Of a stretch of DNA of 64,000 nt, positions 10,618-19,934 are shown one piece after another. The translations under genes and the position numbers were made by a program. Location of the stretch: positions 96,001 to 160,000 of IMG/VR virus record IMGVR_UViG_3300014205_000175, one strand, 5' to 3'. A model generated the notes under the pieces. That model saw nothing but the letters and a program-made list of their open reading frames with translations, was not told the origin of the DNA and ran no database searches. The first letter of the stretch is position 1. Every line of letters starts with the position of its first letter. Source of the DNA: a virus. Taxonomy: Duplodnaviria; Caudoviricetes.

Positions 10618-10695
10618 CCTTTAGCCATCAAATCAAAAGAGAGCCACCGTGGGCTCTCTTATCGTCAGCACCCTATCTCTAAGGAGTAATGCACC

Positions 10696-11931
10696 ATGGC
10701 TTCCATCAAAGACCTTCTCATCACCCGTGTCGAAATCAACGCCCTGAAAGATCAGCAGGATAGTAAAATTGACGTGGCTCTTTTTAAGAGTGTTCGTCAG
10801 GATGACGCATATTTTTGTGTCAGGGTTTCTGATGAATCGTCTGCATCTGAGTTCAGGTGCTGTGACGAATACGGTCAAATCAGTAACGCTTTTATCTTTG
10901 AGCGTGAGCTGGTGCTGGAAAGTAAAAATCCGTGGAAGGATATCGATTGCGAAAAACTAATCGGTAACTATGGTGCACTGATGCATCATTCGTCATACAA
11001 ATTTCCCTACCCAACTCCTCGCCGTATTCATCTCACGGTAGAAAAAGATACCGTGTGGAGAGCGATTTATAAATCTCTGTATCTTTCTTCTCGGGATGAG
11101 GGCAGTGTCGCTTTTGTGGGGTCGAGCAAAGACCGCTACAATGACATAACTAAAAAGAAATATACCGGAGGGTTCTTCGGTTCGTCTTGCACAGATATCC
11201 TTAACCACTATTTCGACAACATCCGAGCTATGTCGAATGACGGTAAAGAGGTTACTGAGGACGAGTGTTTGAAAGATATAGACGAACTCGTCAACCATAT
11301 TCTGCAGGGTATGGAAACCGATTTAGGTGATCGCATGCCGTTCTGGGTTGATATTAATGACACCTGGGATTCCATCATGAAAAAAGCACAGCAACCTATC
11401 GAGGCAGTAACTAACATCGAGGAGAAGGAAATGGATAAAACTGTGACTAACGAAGCCTCGGAACCTGAAATCAACGTAATGACAGTGAATCCTAACAGTG
11501 TCGTTGATGGCGACGCTTCTTCGCTGCAGGCCGTACCTTACCCAGAACTCTATGAGTTGCTGAGGAAGTATCTGAAAAACGAGCTTTATATGGTTCAGGC
11601 TACTCGCGGCATTAATCTGGCTTTCGGACAACTCGACAATATCGTTAGTTCTGATCAATGGGTGACTCTGGTGAAGATGCTCGATGGTGAAAACAGCGAT
11701 GTGGCTATCGAGTTGCTGCAAAAGTGCTGCACACTAGAGCCGGGTGTATCAGTAGAGCCTCTGGAGAAAAGGTTGGCTCGCGTGGAAAGTTTCAGTGTGA
11801 GTTTTCGGGAATTTACCCGTAAGCAACTTCCGAAGGATTTTCTTCCTATGTCGCAGGAGAGCTATTGTTATCTAAACTATGAAGCGGCTAAAGAGGTTGT
11901 CGAGACACTCTGCGTGCTAATGGCTAAATAA
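10696..11931 (+). CDS. unknown ~400-aa paralogue family, copy 1
   Basis: Motifs shared across the five copies: LxxTRxxIxxL, LLGN(Y/H)GA, HYFD, IxQCMExxLGDxM, YLxxExAKE. Confidence 0.8.
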   Translation: MASIKDLLITRVEINALKDQQDSKIDVALFKSVRQDDAYFCVRVSDESSASEFRCCDEYGQISNAFIFERELVLESKNPWKDIDCEKLIGNYGALMHHSSYKFPYPTPRRIHLTVEKDTVWRAIYKSLYLSSRDEGSVAFVGSSKDRYNDITKKKYTGGFFGSSCTDILNHYFDNIRAMSNDGKEVTEDECLKDIDELVNHILQGMETDLGDRMPFWVDINDTWDSIMKKAQQPIEAVTNIEEKEMDKTVTNEASEPEINVMTVNPNSVVDGDASSLQAVPYPELYELLRKYLKNELYMVQATRGINLAFGQLDNIVSSDQWVTLVKMLDGENSDVAIELLQKCCTLEPGVSVEPLEKRLARVESFSVSFREFTRKQLPKDFLPMSQESYCYLNYEAAKEVVETLCVLMAK

Positions 11932-12021
11932 CATCGACCATGGTTTAGCTGGCGTCTATCGCAAATAGACGATAGGCGCCGGCGACATTGCAATGTTTTC
12001 TTATATCTAGGAGCTTCCATC

Positions 12022-13197
12022 ATGTCTACCATCAAAAACCTCATCGTCACCCGTGCACAAATCAACGCCCTGAGGGACAATCTTGACAGTGTCTGTAAGG
12101 TTGGTGTGTTTAAAAGTAAATGCGGATATGGTATATATTTTTATACGTTGCCGCCGTTTACAATTGAATTCACTGAAGAGATTCGTGACAAGACTGCTAT
12201 CCTTAATACCTTCAATTTTTATGGAACCAGGGAAATTGCACAGGGAGATCTATATATCAGCGACCGTAAAGATCTTATTAGCAACTACGGCGCACTGATG
12301 CAGTATGTAGAAAGTCCAGCTCGTTGCTTAAACCAACGTCGGCTGTTTGGTATGATATATGACGAACTGCATGCCGCATTACCCATTAGCCGTGACCGGT
12401 ATCCTGTCCCAGTCTCGGGCTGGCTTTTCAATGGTCGCAGTAAGGCTCGCTATAATACGGTAACGAAGCCTCGTACTGTCGTTATGCATTTCAAACTCAG
12501 CAGCAATATCGGTATCCTCAGGCATTACTTCGATGAGGTAACAGGGGTACAGGACTGGATCAATATTGAAACTAACACGGTAAACCTCACGACCATCGAA
12601 GAACTCACCGATTACATTCTGCAATGCATGGAAACTGACCTAGGAGATAACATGCTGATTACAGTCAACAACAAAGACACGTGGCAGTCCATTAACGAAA
12701 AGGTAGCCGTCGTTACGGCTGATCAACCCATCACAGAAGACCCCCCAGAAACTAATACCGTTCCTGCGTCTAGCCCAGAGGGTTCGGATTTTCTACGTGG
12801 TCTCGTCAACGACTATCTGAAGAACAAGCGCCAGAAGGTGCTGATTACTCTCCAACGGCACGAAGAAGATAAAGAGCTGTCAGACCCACTCAGTAACCGT
12901 GACTGGGACGTCATCTTTGCCTACATTCATCAAGAGCGTTTCTCTGAAGCGATCAGCGCCCTTTGTTCTATCGCCAAGATCGAACCCGACTCACCCCACC
13001 AGGTCTTCGATCGCGCAACTGCTCGCATCGGCTCGAACAGCACTCGTTTTCGTGAATATGCTCGGCGCTACTTTTGCGACGCAATGGCACAGCGGGCAAA
13101 AACCGAGGTCGGTACTACGATCGCTTATCTCGACTCAGTGACTGCCAAAGAAATCGTTCTAACAGTCGTGGCGCTACGTCCTGTAGTGGACTGCTGA
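12022..13197 (+). CDS. unknown paralogue family, copy 2
   Basis: NLIVTRAQINAL, LISNYGAL, HYFD, DYILQCMETDLGDNM, YLDSVTAKEIV. Confidence 0.8.
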   Translation: MSTIKNLIVTRAQINALRDNLDSVCKVGVFKSKCGYGIYFYTLPPFTIEFTEEIRDKTAILNTFNFYGTREIAQGDLYISDRKDLISNYGALMQYVESPARCLNQRRLFGMIYDELHAALPISRDRYPVPVSGWLFNGRSKARYNTVTKPRTVVMHFKLSSNIGILRHYFDEVTGVQDWINIETNTVNLTTIEELTDYILQCMETDLGDNMLITVNNKDTWQSINEKVAVVTADQPITEDPPETNTVPASSPEGSDFLRGLVNDYLKNKRQKVLITLQRHEEDKELSDPLSNRDWDVIFAYIHQERFSEAISALCSIAKIEPDSPHQVFDRATARIGSNSTRFREYARRYFCDAMAQRAKTEVGTTIAYLDSVTAKEIVLTVVALRPVVDC

Positions 13198-13223
13198 CCA
13201 ACTACCCTCTTAGGAGCTTTAAA

Positions 13224-13448
13224 ATGACCAAAACCATAAAAGCCAAACTGAGTACACAAGACGAAGTGGTGACGGTGGAGGGTAGTGAGCTGCGGCTCTA
13301 TACCAATGGCGAAGGCGAGCTCTTCATCGAGACCAGCATGCGAACCTACCGCATGAAAGAATACGGGGGTTGTCTGCATGTGGCTGCCAGCCAGATGACG
13401 ATTAAACCCTACCACACTGCCACCGCTGCCGGCATTCTGATCAGCTAA
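13224..13448 (+). CDS. small hypothetical protein
   Basis: Start MTKTIK at 13224 with AGGAG RBS. Confidence 0.6.
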   Translation: MTKTIKAKLSTQDEVVTVEGSELRLYTNGEGELFIETSMRTYRMKEYGGCLHVAASQMTIKPYHTATAAGILIS

Positions 13449-13518
13449 GTGAGCTGGTCTCGATACACCTCTCGACCTTTATGGCCGGAGGTGTATTTTT
13501 TTGAATCCGTTACAGTCT

Positions 13519-13533
13519 TATATATAATGCATG
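13519..13533 (+). promoter_or_regulatory. putative early promoter
   Basis: TATATATAATGCATG; the following GATACTAACACTATxGTTGG is shared with the 51053 copy. Confidence 0.6.
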
Positions 13534-13582
13534 GATACTAACACTATTGTTGGTACACCTCTACCCTCAGGAGCTCTATAGC

Positions 13583-14785
13583 ATGAAACTCAAAGACCTT
13601 ATTGTCACTCGCAGCGAAATCAACGAACTCACCCACCAGCCTCAGCAACTGGCTGGTTTGCTGGTAGCGTGCTATGAAAGTGAGCATGCGGATGACGTAT
13701 TTTTCTACTCTCGCGTTCGTTTTCATGAACTACCCGAAAGTGAAGTAGAAAATGATAACGTATATGCTCTTATCAGTCAAAATTTCACCTGCAAAGGAAT
13801 GACGGTACTCACTAGCAGCGATCCAATCTTCGATGGCCGTCGTCAGAAGCTATTGGGTAATTATGGCGCTCTGCTCGATTATATGCAGATCACGAACAAG
13901 CATGGCGACCAGAGCTATCCTGCCGCTACCGTGTATGACGTTGTGCGTGATGAAGTGCTTAGTTACATGGCCTACATTCCAGCATGGAGAGGTTCAGTAC
14001 AGACGATAGTCGGTATCAGTAAGCCGGCTTTTAATACGGCAAGCAAGAAAAGAAGAATCTTAGTGAACATGAACAAAAATAAGAACCCTGAGCTACTTAA
14101 CTACTATTTCGATACGCATGTTGAGACCCCGTCCACAGTGCTTCCCAATATTGAGGATGACACTGTAGATCTAAAAGGAGCAGGCTTAGTTTCGATCGTT
14201 GACTACATCATGCAATGTATGGAAACGGAGTGCGGTGATAAGATGCGGTATTTCGTCAACTCTACTGCGATATGGCGATCGCTTTGGGTAGAACGTCCGC
14301 AGGTGTCTAACAAAGGCGGCTCCTTTACTACGTCCGCAATCAATTATCTGCATGTAGTTGAAAAACTTACAGCCGTTTCGACATTTGAACAAGAGAGGCG
14401 ATATCAACTCTATGCCATAGCCATGCGGTACCTGAAAAAGGAGAAGCAACGCGCGGTGCTTGAGGCTGGTTGGTTGATAGATGACGAAGACACTCCAGCC
14501 ATCAGTCGCGAGCAATGGGACGAGACAGTAGTAGGGCTGGTGCGTGTAGGCGATCTCGACAAAGCAGCACAAACGCTGCAAGCGCTATGCACGGTAAAGC
14601 TACCGTCGTCGTTGACTGCCTTTGATAGGAAAACACGCCATATTCCTGAAAGCAGTAACGGTTTTCGTCAGTTTATGCTGGAGGAGCTCAGACAAAGCCC
14701 GGAAGCCAACCCTTCGCCGAGCGAATACCTGAGCTCCGAAGCAGCCCGTGAGATGATTATGGTAATCCGTTCGCTGATACTTTAA
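13583..14785 (+). CDS. unknown paralogue family, copy 3
   Basis: Start MKLKDL with AGGAG RBS; LLGNYGAL, YYFD, DYIMQCMETECGDKM. Confidence 0.8.
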   Translation: MKLKDLIVTRSEINELTHQPQQLAGLLVACYESEHADDVFFYSRVRFHELPESEVENDNVYALISQNFTCKGMTVLTSSDPIFDGRRQKLLGNYGALLDYMQITNKHGDQSYPAATVYDVVRDEVLSYMAYIPAWRGSVQTIVGISKPAFNTASKKRRILVNMNKNKNPELLNYYFDTHVETPSTVLPNIEDDTVDLKGAGLVSIVDYIMQCMETECGDKMRYFVNSTAIWRSLWVERPQVSNKGGSFTTSAINYLHVVEKLTAVSTFEQERRYQLYAIAMRYLKKEKQRAVLEAGWLIDDEDTPAISREQWDETVVGLVRVGDLDKAAQTLQALCTVKLPSSLTAFDRKTRHIPESSNGFRQFMLEELRQSPEANPSPSEYLSSEAAREMIMVIRSLIL

Positions 14786-14872
14786 AACCCCTCAGTAGTT
14801 ACACGCCCATACCCACTACGCCCGTCACTATTGATGGGCGTAGTCAATTAATCTTTACGGAGTTTTTATAGC

Positions 14873-15973
14873 ATGAAACTCGCCGACGTCATTTTCACTC
14901 GCAGTCAAATTGCTGAACTCGCTATCAGTTCAGAGACCGTTCCTCTACCCGTTCTTGGGTATTATCAAAGCCGACATACTGATGGTGCATCTTTCTATAT
15001 TCGTACTAGTGAAGACGAGTTTAAGAAATGCGCAGAATACGCCAGCATCAACCGTAACTTCAATTTCTGGCCGGATGTAGGATGTGGACAGTGTAACGAG
15101 CTAATATGCAGTGCTTTGTTACTGGGTAATCACGGTGCGGTAATGGATTACATTGATCTGAAAGAAAAACGTAACGATAGCCAGGAGACTAGTCTTTACG
15201 ATGTACTGCTAATCAAAGTAGCTGAGCTGGTATCGATATTCAAACACTACAATATCTTTTATGGCATTAGTAAAGCCCGATATAACCATAACCGTGCACC
15301 AAGAACTATCGGCATTTGCATCCGGCCAGAGATGTCGGTCTCGATGTTTACTCATTACTTCGATCAGATGGAGGGGTTAAATGACGGCGATGAAGATAAA
15401 GCAACTCATCTAACAGGCTTAGGTCCGATCACCGACTATATCATGCAGTGTATGGAAGAGGACCTAGGAGATAGGATGCCCTATGCGGTTCAACACGGCA
15501 GTACGTGGAACTCGGTGATACGGGAGATACAAACACCAGTTCCTAGTCGACACGTTTTAGAGCGACAGTGCATCGATGAGATGTATTCGATCTTAGCCGA
15601 TTACCTGCAACAAAAACGTGTCGACTACCTTAGGTCACGTGGGATGAATGTCGAAACCGTTTTAAACTTCGATCCATTAACCCCAGAACGCTGGGATGAT
15701 ATCATCCAGCGAATAGCCAGAGGGTTTTCAGATTCAGCCGTCGACGAATTGCTAAAACTAGCAACGTTGAAAATGGCTACGGTAGCAAGTGTGTTCGATG
15801 AGAAAACCAAGGGTCTTAGAGAGGATGTTTACGGCGAATTCATGGGTTTCATGCGTGATCGTCTAGGTGATATTGCTGAACGATCTATGTGTGGCGCATA
15901 TAGATGTTTGACCCCTGAGGAAGCTCGTAAAATTATCGACATTGCATCGGCTTTAATAGGAAAAACATCTTGA
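14873..15973 (+). CDS. unknown paralogue family, copy 4
   Basis: LLGNHGAV, HYFD, DYIMQCMEEDLGDRM. Confidence 0.8.
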   Translation: MKLADVIFTRSQIAELAISSETVPLPVLGYYQSRHTDGASFYIRTSEDEFKKCAEYASINRNFNFWPDVGCGQCNELICSALLLGNHGAVMDYIDLKEKRNDSQETSLYDVLLIKVAELVSIFKHYNIFYGISKARYNHNRAPRTIGICIRPEMSVSMFTHYFDQMEGLNDGDEDKATHLTGLGPITDYIMQCMEEDLGDRMPYAVQHGSTWNSVIREIQTPVPSRHVLERQCIDEMYSILADYLQQKRVDYLRSRGMNVETVLNFDPLTPERWDDIIQRIARGFSDSAVDELLKLATLKMATVASVFDEKTKGLREDVYGEFMGFMRDRLGDIAERSMCGAYRCLTPEEARKIIDIASALIGKTS

Positions 15974-16185
15974 GCGAAACCCTCGGTACCGTAGAGTTAG
16001 TGCCATGTGCAGTATGTAGCACAACAGCTAGGGAGGTCATTATGAGCAATATGGTAGGCTGTTACTGCGACAAGTGCGGTACAGGCATCAGTGTGTTGGT
16101 GGAGGTTCGCGAAGATAACTGTCAGGCAGTCAAAAACCAGCTACGCCAAGCTTGGAATAAACTACAAGGCATACGTATATCTTAG
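15970..16185 (+). CDS. Lar (restriction alleviation)-like zinc-finger protein
   Basis: LxPCxxC...CxxCG...AWN pattern typical of the Lar family; TTG start. Confidence 0.55.
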   Translation: MSETLGTVELVPCAVCSTTAREVIMSNMVGCYCDKCGTGISVLVEVREDNCQAVKNQLRQAWNKLQGIRIS

Positions 16186-16305
16186 CCGTATCGTCACTCC
16201 CCATACCCGACATTATAGCCGGGTATGGGGAGTGTATGATTACATGATTTTTTTAAATACGGTTCATATAACATGAGCACCACTGATACTAATAAGGAAC
16301 TCGTC

Positions 16306-17424
16306 ATGAATGATCTCGCATCACTGGTTGTAACGCGCGCTGCTATCAACGATCTTCTAGGTGGAAAATTTGGTGAAGATATCGAGCTCTATGCTTTTAA
16401 AAGTGTCAATGATGACCATGTGCACTTCTTCTCTGCCGTAGACTATAAAGAGTTTAAACAGCGCTACCAGCTGAGCGATGTTTTTCGGCATTTTAATTTC
16501 TGGGGCCGGACACGTCTTTACGATGCCTCGGTGTTTGGTATACGCAATCGTAAAAATCTCCTTGGCAACCATGGCGCTGTGCTCGATTATATGCGCAGCA
16601 AAGAACATTTACCGACTACACAGCAAAAAACCGCACCGACGGTGTATGATGCGATATGGCAAGATTTATATACGCGAGTTTTTGATGGCAGTATGAATAA
16701 CCCCCTAAGGCATATTTTTTACGGCGTGAATAAAAAGCATTACGGCACCGGCTCTCAACGATGTTTTGTTCGCATGCCGGTAACCGATAAAGCTAATCTG
16801 GACATTTTGCACCACTATTTCGATGAGATCTCAGAGACTGAGCATTGTTGCGATAACACTGATAAACATATGAAAGGTTTGGATGACATTGCCGATTATA
16901 TCGTGCAGTGCATGGAGTTGGAGTTAGGGGCAGACATGCAGTTTTTCGCTCATGGTAAAAATACCTGGCAGGCTCTCATGGCAGCTACTCCATCCCAGAC
17001 ACTAAAAGCCGTAGCGGTATCGGCCGAGCAGACAGCTTCTACCGATTACATCTATCCCCTTTTGGTTAAATATCTGTATACTCAGCGTAATCAGGCACTG
17101 ACTGAAAATGGAGTATTAGTTAGCGATATTGACATTCCGATTTTGGATGACGTAACACGAGCTAGTTTTCTAACGCATTTAAATAACGGTCACACCGAAC
17201 TAGCGATCATTGAGTTAATGGACGCTTGCACTATCGAATTGCCTAGCTTGGGAGAAGAGTTCGATCTTAAAACGACTGACCTTAGATGTAACAGTGTCGT
17301 TTTTAGAAAGTTCATCCGCACGCATCTACCTGATGGTGTCCAGAAGAAAGTTCGTTGCTATTTGACAACCGAGACTGCCAAAGAAATCGTTTTGACTCTG
17401 GAAGCTTTGCTCGTTAAACGTTAA
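16306..17424 (+). CDS. unknown paralogue family, copy 5
   Basis: Start MNDLAS with AAGGA RBS; LLGNHGAV, HYFD, DYIVQCMELELGADM, YLTTETAKEIV. Confidence 0.8.
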   Translation: MNDLASLVVTRAAINDLLGGKFGEDIELYAFKSVNDDHVHFFSAVDYKEFKQRYQLSDVFRHFNFWGRTRLYDASVFGIRNRKNLLGNHGAVLDYMRSKEHLPTTQQKTAPTVYDAIWQDLYTRVFDGSMNNPLRHIFYGVNKKHYGTGSQRCFVRMPVTDKANLDILHHYFDEISETEHCCDNTDKHMKGLDDIADYIVQCMELELGADMQFFAHGKNTWQALMAATPSQTLKAVAVSAEQTASTDYIYPLLVKYLYTQRNQALTENGVLVSDIDIPILDDVTRASFLTHLNNGHTELAIIELMDACTIELPSLGEEFDLKTTDLRCNSVVFRKFIRTHLPDGVQKKVRCYLTTETAKEIVLTLEALLVKR

Positions 17425-17495
17425 TTACTACCCTCATCCTCGTCCGGCCCTGCTGGCTGGCGAGGATGAGGATGTATTGGATTTTTTTAAAATGC

Positions 17496-17510
17496 CATAT
17501 ATATTACATG
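17496..17510 (+). promoter_or_regulatory. putative early promoter
   Basis: CATATATATTACATG, contains TATATTAC exactly. Confidence 0.7.
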
Positions 17511-17558
17511 GAGATACCGCACTCACGCGATATCATTTTTATTACGGGGTTAGAACAA

Positions 17559-17942
17559 ATGGGCAAGCTTTTGATAGTCAGGGGTATTCCTGGTTCGGGC
17601 AAATCGACCATCGGGCAACAACTCGAAAAAGATGAAGGCTACATGCACGTCGAAGCGGATATGTACTTTCAACGTCCCTCGGGTGAATACGCCTTTAATC
17701 CCAACAAGATCAAAGATGCGCACGAGTGGTGTCAAGCTACGGTACGCCAAGCGATGTGCGATGGCATGAAGGTGGTTGTAACCAACACCTTCACGCGCAC
17801 CTGGGAATATGCCCCGTATCTGCAAATGGCTGAAGCCTACGGATATGAGAGTGACATCATCGTTGCTAATGGTCGCTACCAGAATGTGCACGATGTGCCT
17901 GAAGCCCAGGTGCAACGCATGCTAGAGAGATTTGAGTCTTAA
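17559..17942 (+). CDS. AAA_33/N4BP2-like P-loop kinase
   Basis: LIVRGIPGSGKST Walker A, EADMYF, AHEWC, NTF, NVHDVP. Confidence 0.85.
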   Translation: MGKLLIVRGIPGSGKSTIGQQLEKDEGYMHVEADMYFQRPSGEYAFNPNKIKDAHEWCQATVRQAMCDGMKVVVTNTFTRTWEYAPYLQMAEAYGYESDIIVANGRYQNVHDVPEAQVQRMLERFES

Positions 17943-17961
17943 CATCTAATGGAGGTTTATC

Positions 17962-18204
17962 ATGGCTGCAGTGTTTAGCGGTGTTTTGACGCTCAACAAA
18001 GCTTGTGAGATTCTGGAGTCTCATGGTATTTTGGCATTGGAGCGCTTTAGCTCCTTGAAAGATACCATCGAGATATTGAAGGAATCCGAACAAAACGGTA
18101 GAGCTTTCAGGATTCAACTGAACATTAACGCTACGAAAATCTCCGTTAATGTGCTGACTGGGCGGCATAATCCGCCATTCATGTCGTACGTCTGTCATCG
18201 TTAG
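17962..18204 (+). CDS. small hypothetical protein
   Basis: GGAGG RBS. Confidence 0.55.
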   Translation: MAAVFSGVLTLNKACEILESHGILALERFSSLKDTIEILKESEQNGRAFRIQLNINATKISVNVLTGRHNPPFMSYVCHR

Positions 18205-18238
18205 GTCTTTTCTAAATCTAGGTAAAAAGGATACACGG

Positions 18239-18772
18239 ATGCACAAGCTCGGCAGTTTTTCGAAAAAAATCAACGGAGGATATTTTTGTCCGCACGGTGA
18301 GTTCGTCCTAGTACCCACTGGTATTTGCCGCTTTAATCGTCGACGCATCGCGCGTTCGGGTGGTTGGCAGATTGCTGTCAGTGTTGATGGCATTACCACT
18401 AAAGCACTTGTGAGTGATAATAACCACAACGGCGACTATCGTGCATCGCTGGATGCAGCAGTACTAGTGCTACGTAAACTCAAAAAGACACCGATACTTA
18501 CTTCTAAACACTATGTTAAAACTCAAGAGTCGAGAAGTAAGCGCGTTGTCACAGGTGTGCCTGGTGTTTGCGTGGTGAAGTTTCTCGGTTCTAATGGTAA
18601 GTTGTATTACCGCTTTAATATCAGCATCGGTCGTGGTGTGCATACTTCGGTAGGTATCGGACCAGAAGCCAAGTACGAGCAGTGTTTCGATGCTGCTTTG
18701 GCTAAAGCCAAACAGGTTCGTGAAAAGCTGGTGGAGCAGCATCGTACGGAAAATAGCTTCACCGCAGTGTGA
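18239..18772 (+). CDS. basic putative DNA-binding protein with AP2-like domain(s)
   Basis: TGVPGV...YxF...AxxxR pattern and an N-terminal GWQ/AxxAA half; no HNH visible. Confidence 0.45.
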   Translation: MHKLGSFSKKINGGYFCPHGEFVLVPTGICRFNRRRIARSGGWQIAVSVDGITTKALVSDNNHNGDYRASLDAAVLVLRKLKKTPILTSKHYVKTQESRSKRVVTGVPGVCVVKFLGSNGKLYYRFNISIGRGVHTSVGIGPEAKYEQCFDAALAKAKQVREKLVEQHRTENSFTAV

Positions 18773-18857
18773 AAAACTTACACATCTGAATGATCTCATG
18801 GACGGAGCCAGTGTCGGTTCCGTCCAGAGTTAATATCCCGCATAGGAAAAATAAGTT

Positions 18858-19730
18858 ATGGGTGTTTACGTTCTGTATCATGCTAGCTGTATCGACGGCA
18901 CCGGTTCACGCTACGCCGCATGGAAAAGATTCGGTGATCAGGTCCGATACATCGCAGTTCAGTATGGCTCCGAGTTTCCTAATATTCCTCTTAACGCGGA
19001 GACGGAGCTCTACATCCTCGATTTCTCCTATAGTCGGAAAATCTTGGAGGGTATCCAACCGCAAGTAGGCAAACTCGTGGTGCTTGATCATCATAAGACC
19101 GCGGAAGAAGATCTCAAGGGGTTGCCGTATGCGACCTTTGATATGGCGAAGTCTGGCGCAGTGCTAAGCTGGGAGTATTTCAATCCTGGTGTCAAAGTAC
19201 CGCAATTACTACGCATTGTTGAAGATGCCGATCTGTGGGCTTATAAGTACCCAGAAACTCGTGCGATGAAGGAGTATTTGGATACCACTGGGTTGTTATC
19301 CGATATGGCGTACTGGGATCGGCTCGCTAACGATCAGGTAAGTTTTGATAAAGCGCTCGAAGCCGGCCAGGTGCTCTTTAGCGCCAAAATTAAACGCATT
19401 AAGAAGTTCGTGCGTAGCAAACAACCCAAGTACTTCATTCGCACCATCCAAGGCCGGCGGGTAGCAATCTATAATACCACTGTCGATATTTCCGATATCG
19501 CTGAAGCACTTTACAACGACAAAAACCTGCAACTTGATTTTACTCTAAGTTACTTCTTCACTGCCAAGCTTGATCTTGTAATGAGCTTCCGTTCTAACCG
19601 TATGACTGACACGGATGTGAGCACTATCGCTCGTTTATATGGAGGAGGAGGACATCGAAATGCTGCAGGGGCATCTGTACCGTATCCAAGAAGTCTGGAA
19701 GTTTTGAAGTCGTTAGCGGAAATCGGTTAA
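18858..19730 (+). CDS. DHH/DHHA1 family phosphoesterase
   Basis: YHxxCxDG, ILDFS, VLDHHKT, SFRS, GGGGHRNAAG. Confidence 0.9.
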   Translation: MGVYVLYHASCIDGTGSRYAAWKRFGDQVRYIAVQYGSEFPNIPLNAETELYILDFSYSRKILEGIQPQVGKLVVLDHHKTAEEDLKGLPYATFDMAKSGAVLSWEYFNPGVKVPQLLRIVEDADLWAYKYPETRAMKEYLDTTGLLSDMAYWDRLANDQVSFDKALEAGQVLFSAKIKRIKKFVRSKQPKYFIRTIQGRRVAIYNTTVDISDIAEALYNDKNLQLDFTLSYFFTAKLDLVMSFRSNRMTDTDVSTIARLYGGGGHRNAAGASVPYPRSLEVLKSLAEIG

Positions 19731-19934
19731 AAAAATACCGAATCCCCCTTAATCAATTGGACAAATACACATCAGACTTAGGTAACCCTAGGTCTAAAGA
19801 TCGAGCGCAGTTTTACGGCTCGGCTCGGTCTGCGGATAGTGTTGTTTGATTGAAACATAACCCCACATTTAGTACTCGGAATAGAACGACATCTAATCCG
19901 AATAATCTTTCTCTCACGCAAGGAGTAATAAAAA

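Noticed and set aside
18239-18772. Free-standing homing endonuclease serving the introns
   Set aside because: Only AP2-like DNA-binding features are visible, with no nuclease motif
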